From: Ruditapes philippinarum
Taxonomy: Eukaryota
Assembly: GCF_026571515.1 (NCBI RefSeq)
Contig: NW_026854958.1
Coordinates: 62,001 to 126,000 of the forward strand
Length of the DNA stretch: 64,000 nt
Direction: 5' to 3'
The position numbers and the translations under genes are program-made. The notes below the pieces were generated by a model. The model saw only the letters and a list, made by a program, of their open reading frames with translations, ran no database searches and was not told the origin of the DNA. This document shows positions 40,233 through 52,822 of the stretch, one piece after another. The first letter of the stretch is position 1, and the number at the start of each line of letters is the position of its first letter.

Positions 40233-41963
40233 ATGGCTGAAATCAATGCGGGAAATGGTGAAGTGTCAGGGCGTGTTAAGGGAATAATGTGTCAACCATG
40301 TTTAAATAACGACAAACATACAAAGGCGGAAAAGTTCTGTCCAACTTGTAATGAATTTCAGTGTTTGGATTGTTCCAAAGTTCACTACACTTATGCCTTC
40401 TTAAAAAGTCACAAGTTAGTGAATGCGAATGAGGCGAAAACGAAACAAGGCTCGTTTGATATGAAAGGATTAGACAAATGTGATCAACATCAGGAAGTTC
40501 TTAAATTCTTCTGCGAAGATGAAAATCAGCTCTGCTGCAGTACATGTGCCATTCTTAATCATCGTAAATGCCACAGTGTTGTGGAAATTCTGAAGGTCGC
40601 TGGAAGGTCAAAAAATAGAAAGTCAACTTTAAAGGTTAAAATGGAGGAAGTGAGAAAGAAGGCTAACATAATCGTAGACAGCATTGGTTTATCAAAAGAG
40701 AAACTAGATGAAGATGTTAAAGAAATACCAGTCAAAATACGGCGAATGCGGGATGAAGTAATGAAAATGTTTGACGAGTTGGAAGTTTTGGTTGTTACAG
40801 ACGTTCAATGGTATCAGAAAGAGACATTAGAAAAGCTGACAATAAAGCAGTCTCAGAACGAAAAATATCTAGCTGATATAACAGCATACCTGGAAACGAT
40901 TGACGACGTGTATCAGCACGGATCTCTGGTACAACAGTTCATAGTAGAGCAGAAGATGAAGAATGACGTTGATGTTCTTCACACAAATGTCGATGCAGAA
41001 TGTCATGATTTAAAGACCGTGACTGTAAGCTTTGATTTTGATGAACTATTAAAACTTCCTCCTCTGTCAGTCACTGATTATATACCAGGACAACTAACTC
41101 TAAAATTCTGTCAATCAGAGGTAGCCACTACTATAGTTCCTGTTAACAAAGCAATGATACTAACACCAATAAAATCCATTGATTTAAAGAAGAAAAAGGA
41201 TGATGTCAAAGAGCCATTGTATTCAGGGATTGATTTTTTACCTGGTGGTAGACTTGTTGCTGTTGATAATGAAAACAAGAAATTCTTAGTTTACAATGAG
41301 AAGCTTGAGAAAGTAGGATCATGTCAGTTATCTTACCGGCCACAATCCGTTGTTGCTGTATCTGAAGATGAAATAGCGGTAACAAGTGCTAGTGCTTTAA
41401 AGTTAGACATTCTCGATGTTAACAAATCTAATGACATAACTTTAAATAGAACAATTACAGTGACAATAGAATATGGTTCGATATGTCAAAAAGATGAAAA
41501 GCATTTTGTCGGGGGGACAATGGATCATTCAACACCTGTTCGTATTATATCATCTACAGGAGAGGAGAAAGATTTCAATATTAACTTTCCGAATAAGTCA
41601 TATCCTGTAGGGACAAGCGCTTGTACTTACATAAGGAGCAGTGATAAAGTTGTGCTTACAGATATATACGAGCATACTGTCTATATATATGACGTCAAGA
41701 CAAACCAAAGAGTCGTGGTGAAAGATGATCAGATAAAGAAGCCGCGTGGTGTAGCAGTTGGTCCCTGTGATAATATCCTGGTTTGTAGTTATGGAACAAA
41801 CTCCATTGTACAGATATCACAAACTGGGCAGATCTTATCATCGTACAAGATAGATATGAAATATCCATGTAGAATTTGTGTTTCAAGTGATAAATCATTT
41901 CTTGCAGTAACAAACGCATATAAAGGAGAGACTAAACTACAGAAACTTAAGATATCATATTGA
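40233..41963 (+). CDS. TRIM-like copy 4 (unit D): RING-less B-box1/B-box2, coiled coil, NHL-type beta-propeller; 576 aa, intact
   Basis: CQPC..FCPTCNEFQCLDCSKVH..H; CDQH..FFCEDENQLCCSTCAILNHRKCH; heptad-rich middle; propeller repeats (GIDFLPGGRLVAVD, PRGVAVGPCDNILVC). Confidence 0.93.
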   Translation: MAEINAGNGEVSGRVKGIMCQPCLNNDKHTKAEKFCPTCNEFQCLDCSKVHYTYAFLKSHKLVNANEAKTKQGSFDMKGLDKCDQHQEVLKFFCEDENQLCCSTCAILNHRKCHSVVEILKVAGRSKNRKSTLKVKMEEVRKKANIIVDSIGLSKEKLDEDVKEIPVKIRRMRDEVMKMFDELEVLVVTDVQWYQKETLEKLTIKQSQNEKYLADITAYLETIDDVYQHGSLVQQFIVEQKMKNDVDVLHTNVDAECHDLKTVTVSFDFDELLKLPPLSVTDYIPGQLTLKFCQSEVATTIVPVNKAMILTPIKSIDLKKKKDDVKEPLYSGIDFLPGGRLVAVDNENKKFLVYNEKLEKVGSCQLSYRPQSVVAVSEDEIAVTSASALKLDILDVNKSNDITLNRTITVTIEYGSICQKDEKHFVGGTMDHSTPVRIISSTGEEKDFNINFPNKSYPVGTSACTYIRSSDKVVLTDIYEHTVYIYDVKTNQRVVVKDDQIKKPRGVAVGPCDNILVCSYGTNSIVQISQTGQILSSYKIDMKYPCRICVSSDKSFLAVTNAYKGETKLQKLKISY

Positions 41964-42504
41964 AGACGTTGATTTTGACATTATTATGTTTTACAATGAA
42001 TAATGCACGATAAGTCATCAGTGAAAATAACAATATCAAAAGTTGAGATTTTTTTAAATGTATGCAACTTTATACTTCAAAAAGAAAATGTCTGTCTATA
42101 TGTAGTAAGAATTCAGAAGAAATCAACGAGGGGTTTATAACTGAAATACTTACATAATAAATAATCATCAATATTGCATATAAATTCACTAATGTGTATT
42201 ATTCTTATTATTATTTATGACATCGGATATTTTGAAATTTTCCTCCGCAACACAATTTACTAGTTGCTAACATTTCTATATAACGGACAAAGATTACATG
42301 TATCTCATCTTAAATTCGGCTCTTACCATGAAATCATCTAATATACCATACATCAATGTTTCAGGCTAGATTTTAAACGTATCGGTACAACTAGATGAAT
42401 TTAGCAAAATTTAATATACTTATATAATTATGCTAATGAATATTTCCTTCAACATAGCATTCTGTTTTAAAATCAATATTGTATAGCTTTGTAGAGTGTA
42501 AAAT

Positions 42505-42780
42505 GTATTATAAATAATGAACTTTGTATTACAAATGCACTGTATCTTTTGTATTATAAATGATGACTTTTGTATTACGAATGTAATGTTTCTTTTGTAT
42601 TATAAATGATGAACTTTGTATTACAAATGTAATGTATCTTTTGTATTATAAATGATGAACTTTGTATTGCAAATGTAATGTATCTTTTGTTTTATAAATG
42701 ATAAACTTTGTTTTACAAATGTAATGTATCTTTTGTATAATAAATGATGAACTTTGTATTACAAATGTATTGTATCTCAA
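42505..42780. repeat. 46-bp minisatellite, ~6 copies
   Basis: Read directly. Confidence 0.92.
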
Positions 42781-43076
42781 TATTTGTACAAGTCAAAATA
42801 AAATTACTATTATGTTTATTTTCCTTGTTTAAAATTTGATATGAAAGTTAACGTTAATTTAACCCTCCATTGATATCAATATAGTTAGATGTACATGTAT
42901 ATTTCAAATATTACCGAATTAAGATATCTCCGATTTGACATGAGATTGCCATTCCTAGATGCCCTGACGGTGCAGGTCATTTTCGTTGTGATTGATTCTT
43001 CCGTCATTTACAATTTACCTCACCTCTGACATATACAAAAGTTATCACCGCCTTGCAAAAGAACGAAAACCGATAG

Positions 43077-43281
43077 GGGCATTTCAACTTCATGAATTCA
43101 TAAATTCCCGATTTCTACTTCACGAATTCCCGATTTCACATTCATGAATTTACGATTTAAACTTCTCGAATTCACCTTCGATTTCAACTTCTCGATTTCA
43201 ACTTAATGTCGTTGAAATAGTGAATTCACGAACGTGAATTCGAGAAGTTGAAATCCAAGGTGAATTCGAGTAGTTGAAATC
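43077..43281. repeat. Foldback-like tandem/inverted repeat abutting the exon-1 donor
   Basis: Same motif as 1968-2347. Confidence 0.7.
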
Positions 43282-46200
43282 AAAACTCACCCAGTCTGTT
43301 CAAGCCGTGACTGTAGTGGCCCCTGTAATCTGCAGATACCAGAAGATCAGCCAGTGATGATCCATGTTCTTCTGAGATTCCAACTGCTTTCATACACAAA
43401 CGACAAAACACACAGAGGACAAACTCGTGAAACTCGTGCAGGCGAACAATTGATTCTTCTGACGTCATTGTGATATAAACTGAGGGATGAAACAAGTTTT
43501 ATTTAGAAATAAAACGCACACTGTTGGTTATCCGTTTCATTTGTCCATTTTTATATATTTTAAATCTTGCTTAGTTCTACTTTATTTGTCTTTATATTTT
43601 AAAACTCGATATGCTTTATTTGTGTTGATGTAAATTATAAAACGAAATGTTGTTTCCAAGTTACGACACGCAAATGAAATATCTAGGAAACATGTACATA
43701 TACTAATACACGTGGGAAATAGACATATTTAAGTAAGAAATATCGAAATTGGCGCGATAAAAAGCTGATTTACTTGCATTATTTCGTTCTTAACTGTATT
43801 ATAATAGATATCATGGTAATGCTATAGATGATGTTGTTGTTGATGATGATGATAATTATTAGAGAATAGTTTTAACTCTTCCGTGCATTAAATTGTTGTT
43901 AGACAGTGTGCTCAGTAATATGCCCCAACAATTATCAAATAGTAAACCGTACAATATTATAAAATAAAGACAAATATAAGAAAAAAGATCTTATATGAAT
44001 TAACTATGGTCGAAACAAACTTATAACTATGGATACATAAAAAACAAAAGCAACGTGAGATTGTTTAATAAACTCAGTTAACTAAGCGACCAAAATGTTC
44101 AAACTTTGTATGCGTTAATTAACTGACATATGCACTGTCACATCGTAAATTATAAAAGTGCGTATCGCATTTTGTAGCGAAAAAATACTAAGAAAGCTTA
44201 TTGTTGGAATTCACAAGAATACATCGAGTATATGGCCATAAACATACAATCTTTAACCCCTTATAGAATGTAATCAATGAACTTTTAGCGTTTGGGCCAT
44301 GTGGTCTCTTTATACAAATAATTATCTGACCAAATCTTATCAAATTAGCAACAATTTAATTTTGCCAGTAAAAAACAAAAAAAACAAAACAAACAAAAAT
44401 CACCATACATGTATCGCATCTATATTGCACCCTATCTAGATTCGTTTCTTATTTTCCGAGTCCAAAAAAATCGATTTTAAATCGATATTGTACACCGTTT
44501 AGCCTCGTTCTCGTTTTCATTTTCAGAGTCCACATAAATCATATCAACTCCTTGTTGTACTCAAATTATCAAAGTTCTGCCAAAATGTTAAAAATTTGAT
44601 GGTTTTAATCATATATGTACGTCATTATGTGATATATGGTTGAGAGCAATGCCGAATCTGTAGTACTCGTACATAGCTGCAAAACCTATATTAGACTCCG
44701 CTCATCCAATATAGGATTGACAGCTGTGTAGTTGTTCCAACAGAATTCAGTATTCAGAATTCAACAATGAATAATAACCTAATAATATCAACAGTCAGAA
44801 CTGCTCTAAAAATCAACATACGGGTATATACGTAATGATATTTAGCTAAGAACTTATAATCTAAAAAACAAACGCTGCTGTTAATTAAAATAATCTGTTA
44901 GCTTAGCATAAATTAAAACTTTAAGCTTTTTCATATATTTCATAAGTAGTAAATTATTATTACATACTCACCAGATTACATGGCACCTGTATTCACATGA
45001 ACTGTGTAAATAAAACTCAAAACTTCTAAAATGACCTTCTTATCAGTATAATTATCTATGTGAAAATTATATTGTTAGACACGTTTTCACTCGGAACACC
45101 GGCGGTATTTCATCTGCATCGCATTATATCATGTATAATATGATTGTGTAGAACTAATATGTCTACAACTTTGTAGATAAAATTGTTCAACTCTTAGATG
45201 GCGTGTGGCATATTTCGCCACATTGTTAAAAAATAAACGTTTAACAAGTAAAAATCAAACTCAAAACAAAATAAAAATGGAAAATCCAGATTTTTTAAAA
45301 ATAAATTATGAAGATTACATATGAAGCATAGGCATTCAACTTGTGAACGAAAAAAATATGAGCATAATGTCACTCCAAAGCTGCGTCCCCACCTGAATTC
45401 ACTTTGAAAATTGAAAGAAGCGAGAATATTAAGGAAGTCTTTAAATGTAAAGACCCACATTGCTTCAATCTCTTTTTCACCATCGTACCATTTTGCATCG
45501 CGGGTACGGACGAAATGAAAAATCACGATTGTCCAAACGGAACACCGTACAAAATACTTTCGTTATTTTTACGAAACATTCATTAATGTACAAAAATGGA
45601 ATGTATTGATCAGGGGAAATAACTGCTTCGGGGAGTTTACAAAACACCTAGCTTGAGTTACTTCCTCTAGTCAGTTAAAAGTTATGACCGTGTCAATATC
45701 ACGTTTTTTTTTTAAACGGAACGCGCACATCTTTTCATTTGCTCACTTTGACGAGACGAAACGCAGTGTTTTATAGTAAATAAGTGTACAAGCAATCCAT
45801 GATATATCAGAAAGGTTTTTTATCAGAACAATTGAGTATGTAGTTATTTCTTATAACCGGTGTCATCAAAACAAGCGATTTCTAGCAAATCTTCTGTTCC
45901 CTTTCTCACTGTTGTTTAGCAATAGTATATATGGTTAAAATATTACATATTTACTTTTGCATCGCACTAATGCATTGATGTTTTGTACTACAATCATATA
46001 TTTCGGGCGAAATGGATACGGTACACTCCTTTTTTTCAAATTTGTTAATTATATGAATTTTTGTTTCAAAGTTTATCTAATAATTTCTCTTTCGTTATTT
46101 TCTTCTCTCTTTTTCGCGGAAATTATTTTTACGCAAATATAAGACTATTTTTTCATTTCGTATTTTATAGTTGTTTCTGATATTGTAATGTATATATGAC

Positions 46201-47974
46201 TAGATGAAAGAATCTTTTTTGCTGGATAGTTTAATTATAAACGAGTCAAAAAAATCATTTTGAATGTTCAATATAAAAATAATATGAACGTTGATTAATA
46301 AACTAGCATTTCCTGAAAGAACTGGGTCGCTATAGAGAAATAGATGGAGTTTGATGTTGTCGACTTTCAAGTTTTGTAGTAATGTACTACACACAACAAT
46401 AAAAAAGTAATAGGTAGGAATTAATAAAATATCAAAAATGAAATCAATAAGTTGGGCGTAGATTGATTAACATATTCGTAGCTGCTAATTGATTCTATAG
46501 GTATGCTTAGGATGTTACCATATTCGAATATGCTTTAACAATCAAGAAATCAATTATAAGAAAAGGGAGTAAGCACATAAAAATAAAACGCTTGCTTGGG
46601 TATATCAACGGAAAGCCATTTTATAGAGAATTATTCTATTGTTGTGTCAGTCTCGAATCCGAGAAATCAGTGTTTTAAGGAGGTATGGTTTGAATTATCT
46701 TTAAAATTTCAGTTTATATCACCTAATGCGAAAGATGAGACACTTTAAAACACTGAAAACAAAATATTCAACAGAAACACGGAGTGACGTATACAATGTA
46801 AAACTATGGTATAAACAATTTCTTTGGAATTTTCTCTTTTTTTCAGATTGAGTTAAGCTTTAAAGAATCAATGTTATAATGCTAATAAACCTCGTCAAAA
46901 TCAAAATAATATTAAGAATTTGTCCAATATATTACAATAATATTTTTTAATAAGAATCAGATCTTTGCTAGCATCTATCTCAACTTCTGTTTATTTGACT
47001 ATAAAAATGAATACATATATTTACAAAAAATATCACTACAGAAAGATGTTTCTACTGCATTATTTAATAAGTTGCATACTTCTGCAAGCAATGACATATA
47101 TATATTCTTTATTATGCATAGTCTCATTTATGCATATTTAAAACATAGACAGATATACAACTTAAACAATGTACACGTATAGCCATATAAGACATGTCAT
47201 GTACGTTCCAAATCTTTTTATATCACCAACTTTAGATAACGAGTTGGCGAGCATCCTTTTATGTGCGTGAGGAATTTATCTTCCTGATGAAATATCTTAA
47301 ATATTTCGAATGCAAACTGAAAGAGTCGAGTTGAGAATAAAAACTGTTAAAGACAATATTTATTGTCTTCAACATTGACATTATACGCACTTAAAAATAT
47401 TTTAAGGGGCCGAATGATCGTGCGATACTACATCTAAGCTGATTAATACGATAACATTTCGTTAAACTAAAACATTTAAGCTGTTGTGTTTGTATTAAAG
47501 TCAAACAGATCATTTTAAAGCATATTTTCCTTGATTGTATCTCATGTAAAGTTATGATGAAACGAAAGAACAATAACAAAGAAAAAACTTGTTAAACATT
47601 TTTTAAATTATTACAATAGAGAGACACCTGGCTATGTTTTGTTTTTCTAATAGTAAATAACTTTTGAACTTTTTAAAACAGTGTCAAAATTAGACTTTGT
47701 GCAATTTCTCTTACATTCAATACATGTACTTGATGTCATTTTCTAACTATATATAAAGACAATTAGTAATTGCAAAATTACATGGCATCAATTTGCTTCC
47801 GTACTTTATGTGTTCAACTTAAATCATTCCGTGCATTAATGCACACAGACCATACCATCCAGCAATTCCAAAATGATTTGAACCTGTTAAATAAAAGATT
47901 AAATAAGTTTGTCTGTTTTTCATATTTTTAGTATTAGCTGACATTGGGGTCACTGTTCCTTTTTATTATTTCAA

Positions 47975-48336
47975 TTAAAGGCACATTTTGCCTAAAAAAA
48001 TGTTTTCTTCTTCCGAAAATGGAAATATTAATTTTATAATGTTAAAATAATAGTTAACGACATGTTATATGCTTATCGCCTGAATGATATAGCGATAATT
48101 GTGAAATAATTTGTCATAAATATAGCAAAATGTAAATAAAGTAATAATTTGACCTTCATACAAAATATTAAATCTCTAAATCTCTATATCTACTAATTGC
48201 CAAAACGATACAGAAGGGCAAGATGGTTTAGGTAACTGGCCAATGATTAACTTTTTGGAAACTACAACAGGAAACCAAAATCACGGCTTTTGGGAAATTA
48301 AAGTAAAAGCATTTCTAGGGCATAATGGGCCTTTAA
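47975..48336. mobile_element. TTAA-target MITE (Kolobok- or piggyBac-like)
   Basis: TTAAAGGCACATTTTGCCTA / TAGGGCATAATGGGCCTTTAA; the empty site in unit C (~24425) has a single TTAA; related ends at ~29315, ~31100 and ~49350. Confidence 0.75.
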
Positions 48337-49655
48337 AAAGGCACATGTGAAATAGGAAAGAACTGGTCAATCCTGGTCAAGGTTAATAGTGAAATTATTT
48401 TGATCTCTGTGATAATATTATAACTACTGTAATTTCATTAACTAAATAAGATAGACGGCTAAAAAATCAAAGGAGCTTTGTGACAAAAACGGTTACATAT
48501 AAAATATTGAAACAGAAATAAATAGAATAAACTATCAAGGAGGACATTTACATAACATGTAAAAGTAGCGGCTATTTTATAAAATGACAACAGGGCAATA
48601 AAGAATAGGATGATTTTAGTAAGAAATTGTCACTTCATGTTAAAGATAATCTCACTATATGTGCTCCATGTTTGTATCAAATATTTAAATTTACATTTAA
48701 ATTTACTATACACAACTATATGAAAATTAAAAGGAAATATTTAAAAAGGGGATATTTATTCTTAATATATATTAGCCTTTCATTATTATTGGTTTCACTT
48801 GCGTTAGGATATACCTCGTGCCGACACCCAACCAATACCGGCTTCTTTTGCTTTCTTTATGGCAAAGTCCATGCAAAAGCGACCAATCACAGGTCCTGTT
48901 ACAAATATGAAAACCTGATAAGATGATAGTGTATAACATGTGTAAGTAAGATAATTATGAAATGAACATTTAGAGTACTTTTTTTCTGCGTACGGTTCCT
49001 TTATTGGCAGATGCCTCAGAACGAAAAATTTGTTTCCTTCTGTGGAAGGGCAAATATGTGTTTTTCAATGTTGAAATAATGTATGTAGAACATATTAAAT
49101 GCCTATCACCAGAGAAGCTAACATTGTATGTGAAACAATTTGTCATAAAGGTAGCTAAATATAAATAAAGTCGTATTTTGACTTCCATACAAAATAATAA
49201 ATCACTATATAACTGTATATACTCATCGCTAAAACACAAAAGAAGCGAAAGTTGTCTCAGATATATTGCTAGTGACTAAACTTTTGTAACTGGACGCCAA
49301 ATAAGAAATGAAAAATAAAACTGACAATATGTTTAGGCTTATTGGGCCTTAAAAAAGTCGGCGTCTACAGATCAAGTATTTCAAAACACAATATGCTATA
49401 AAAGCTGACATTTTTACATATGAAAAAGTATACATGCATGTAATTCGTATGCTACGTTCCATATTTCATACCAAAAACGATCAGTCCATTATAAAAACAA
49501 CAGGAAATTTATATAGTTTATTGTTGCCTCCTACCAGCGCTGTTGCTATGGTTTCCTGAAGTCAGGATTTCTGGATTTCCTGTTGCCACGGTTGTCTTCG
49601 TTTTCACGTCAGAAATATACATGTCTAAAATAATTGAATGAATCAGTGGGTGAGT

Positions 49656-49882
49656 NNNNNNNNNNNNNNNNNNNNNNNNNNNNNNNNNNNNNNNNNNNNN
49701 NNNNNNNNNNNNNNNNNNNNNNNNNNNNNNNNNNNNNNNNNNNNNNNNNNNNNNNNNNNNNNNNNNNNNNNNNNNNNNNNNNNNNNNNNNNNNNNNNNNN
49801 NNNNNNNNNNNNNNNNNNNNNNNNNNNNNNNNNNNNNNNNNNNNNNNNNNNNNNNNNNNNNNNNNNNNNNNNNNNNNNNNNN
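49656..49882. other. Assembly gap within a microsatellite
   Basis: N bases; flanked by (TGAG/TGAA)n and (TTAA)n to 49990. Confidence 1.
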
Positions 49883-50607
49883 TTGGTGGGTTGGTGGATG
49901 TATTTTGGGTGACTGTGTGAGTGAGTGAGTGAGTGAATGAATGAATGAATGAATGAATTAATTAATTAATTAATTAATTAATTAATTAATCGGACGGTCT
50001 TTATGATCGAAACAGTGTGTAATGATTCTACGAATCTAAGCAGCATTTCATAGCATGTACATGTAAATATTCCTAATTTCTATAGCTGAAATTGACCGTA
50101 AATATTTTTAAGAATAATGCAAGATAGGCTGATCCGTAGTGTAAAAAAGTAAGTTTAAACAAAACGGCTTTACATGAAAATAATTAGAAAAGTCTTTCAT
50201 ATTCTGAAGTACAATTATTCATTATCAATGAATCTTTTTTTTAAAACGTATGTTTATGCTGAGTCATATTAACTTTGTCCAAAGTTTTCGTAATTTGAAG
50301 AATTTTTTTTGGCACAATCTTGAATTTTATCACTTTAATTAAACTCACATGTAAGATTGTCTATATATCTCAATAAAGATAATGACTGCGGACCTTAAAT
50401 TCTTTGATATTATAACCTATAATCATTGTCACACAGCAAACAGATACAGAGTGAATCTATCTAGGACATTCTTTCATATTGATATATATGTGTTATCATA
50501 AATGTGTTTAATATCTTTATGCCGTTAAAAAAAAACAGACCAATATATCGCCCTGTTTATTATACGTTTCATACATAATTCTACTCAATATTTAATAATC
50601 ATGTTGA

Positions 50608-50672
50608 AATATGATAAACAAGATCAACGAGGAAAGGCGGCGTTCAATGAACGCAGCCCCTACACGACCCAG
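50608..50672 (-). mobile_element. Short 3'-terminal fragment of the same Penelope-like family
   Basis: AAACAAGATCAACGAGGAAAGGCGGCGTTCAATGAACGCA matches 14934-14973. Confidence 0.75.
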
Positions 50673-51091
50673 AACACTCAATCTTTATCTTAATGGCCAA
50701 ACAAGATATAAAACCTATAAATGGCGGAGAACGATATAAAAAACGTTAAAAACCCGATTAAAAAAAATAACAACCCCAATAAAAATAAAATGCCATAATA
50801 TATTATTCAAAATATACTTATCCAAAGCCTGAGGGAAAAGGGGCCCGAAAATTCGATGGGAAAGCATGATACAATCGAAACTACTGGGCTCTTTCCTCAT
50901 TCTTCGATCGGTTATCGGATAGATAATAACCTAGGACGTTTGATTGGCATACATTCTAAAGGGATCCGAGTGAATAAGATAAATATATTTACTTTCGCAT
51001 TCCGACTAGAGATAGTACCAGTAGTAACCAGGTACAATATATTACCCAAAGGTATATAGGCATTGCATTTGTTCAATAACTTTATATCAAA

Positions 51092-52822
51092 ATGGCTGAA
51101 AACAATGCGGGTAATGGTGAAGTTTCGGGGCGAGTAATGGAAATTTTGTGTCAACCATGTTTGAATAACATTTTACAAAGAACAGCGGACAAGTTTTGTC
51201 CAACTTGTAACGAATTTCAGTGCTTGGATTGTTCCAACGTTCACTACACTCACGCCTTCTTAAAAAGTCACAAGTTAGTGAATGCGAATGAGGTGAAAAC
51301 GAAACAAGGTTCGTTTGATATGAAAGGATTAGATCAATGTGATCAACATCAGGAAGTTCTAAAATTCTTCTGTGAAGATGAGAATCAGCTCTGCTGCAGT
51401 ACCTGTGCCATTCTTAATCATCGTAAATGTCACAGAATTGTGGAAATTCTGAAGGTCGCCAGAAGGTCAACAAAAACAAAGTCAACTTTAAAGGTTACAG
51501 TGGAGGAAGTGAGACAGAAGGCTTACAAAATCGTAGACATCATTGTCTCATCAAAAGAGAAACTAGATGAAGATGCTAAAGAAATACCAGTAAAAATACG
51601 GCAAATGCGGGATAAAGTAATGAAAATGTTTAACGACTTGGAAGTTTCCATTGTTAAGGACGTTCAATCGTTTCGGGAAGAGACATTAGAAAAGATGTCA
51701 ATAAAGCAGTCTCAGAACGAAAAATATCTAGGTGATATAACAGCATATCTGGAAACGATTGACGACGTGTATCAGAACGGATCTCTAGTACAACAGTTCA
51801 TAGTAGAGCAAAAGATGAAGAATGACGTCAATGTTCTTCACACAAATGTCGATGCACAGTGTCATGATTTAGAGACCGTGACTATAAGCTTTGATTTTGA
51901 TGAAACATTAAAACTTCCTCCTCTGTCAGTAACTGATTATATACCAGGACAGCTGACTCTAAAATTCTGTCTATCAGAGGTAGCCAGTACTATAGTTCCT
52001 GTTAACAAAGCAATGATACTTACACCAATAAAGTCCATTGATTTGAAGAAGAAAGAGGATGATGTAGAAGAGCCATTTTATGGAGGGATTGAGTTTTTAC
52101 CTGATGGTAGACTTGTTGCTGTTGATAATAACAACAAGAAATTCTTAGTTTACAATGAGAAGCTTGAGAAAGTAGGATCATATCAGTTATCTTACCGGCC
52201 ACAATCCGTTGTTGCTGTATGTGATGAGGAAGTAGCGGTCACAAGTGTCATTCCTTTAAAGTTAAACATTCTCCATGTTAACAAATCTAATGACATAAAA
52301 TTAGATAGAACAATTAAAGTGACAACAAAATATGTCTCAATATGTCAAAAAGATGATAAACATTTTGTCGGCGGGACAATTGATCATTCAACACCTGTTC
52401 GTATTATATCATCTACAGGAGAAGAGAAAGATTTCAATATTAACTTTCCGAATAAGTCATATCCTGTAGACACAAGCGCTTGTACTTATATAAGGAGCAG
52501 TGATAAAGTGGTGCTGACCGATAGATACGAGCATATTGTCTACATATATGACGTCAAGACAAACACGAGAGTCGTGGTGAAGGATGATCAGATAAATGAG
52601 CCGCGTGGTGTAGCAGTTGGTCCCTCTGATACTATCCTGGTTTGTAGTAAAGGAACAAAGTCCATTGTACAGATATCACAAACTGGACAGATCTTATCAT
52701 CGTACAACGTAGATATGGACTATCCAAGAACAATTTGTGTCTCACGTGATAAATCATTTCTTGCAATAACAAACTCATGTACTGGTGAGATAAAACTACA
52801 GAAGTTTAAAATATCATTTTGA
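51092..52822 (+). CDS. TRIM-like copy 5 (unit E), 576 aa, intact
   Basis: Uninterrupted ORF with the same architecture as copy 4; AATAAA at 52859. Confidence 0.93.
   Translation: MAENNAGNGEVSGRVMEILCQPCLNNILQRTADKFCPTCNEFQCLDCSNVHYTHAFLKSHKLVNANEVKTKQGSFDMKGLDQCDQHQEVLKFFCEDENQLCCSTCAILNHRKCHRIVEILKVARRSTKTKSTLKVTVEEVRQKAYKIVDIIVSSKEKLDEDAKEIPVKIRQMRDKVMKMFNDLEVSIVKDVQSFREETLEKMSIKQSQNEKYLGDITAYLETIDDVYQNGSLVQQFIVEQKMKNDVNVLHTNVDAQCHDLETVTISFDFDETLKLPPLSVTDYIPGQLTLKFCLSEVASTIVPVNKAMILTPIKSIDLKKKEDDVEEPFYGGIEFLPDGRLVAVDNNNKKFLVYNEKLEKVGSYQLSYRPQSVVAVCDEEVAVTSVIPLKLNILHVNKSNDIKLDRTIKVTTKYVSICQKDDKHFVGGTIDHSTPVRIISSTGEEKDFNINFPNKSYPVDTSACTYIRSSDKVVLTDRYEHIVYIYDVKTNTRVVVKDDQINEPRGVAVGPSDTILVCSKGTKSIVQISQTGQILSSYNVDMDYPRTICVSRDKSFLAITNSCTGEIKLQKFKISF

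Larger units (their letters stand above)
31743..43468 (-). pseudogene. Ldh_2-family oxidoreductase, unit D, pseudogene (all 10 exons present)
   Basis: Exon 1 43468-43291 (+15 nt), exon 2 39186-39079, exon 3 +2 frameshift and donor GT>AT (~38647), exon 5 -2 frameshift (~35602), exon 6 donor lost (~34972), exon 7 tandem TAG TAG at 34194-34199, exon 10 31790-31743. Confidence 0.92.

Noticed and set aside
40233-41963. Assigning a symbol such as TRIM2, TRIM3 or TRIM71
   Set aside because: No RING or filamin domain is visible; this looks like a lineage-specific expansion and orthology cannot be supported.
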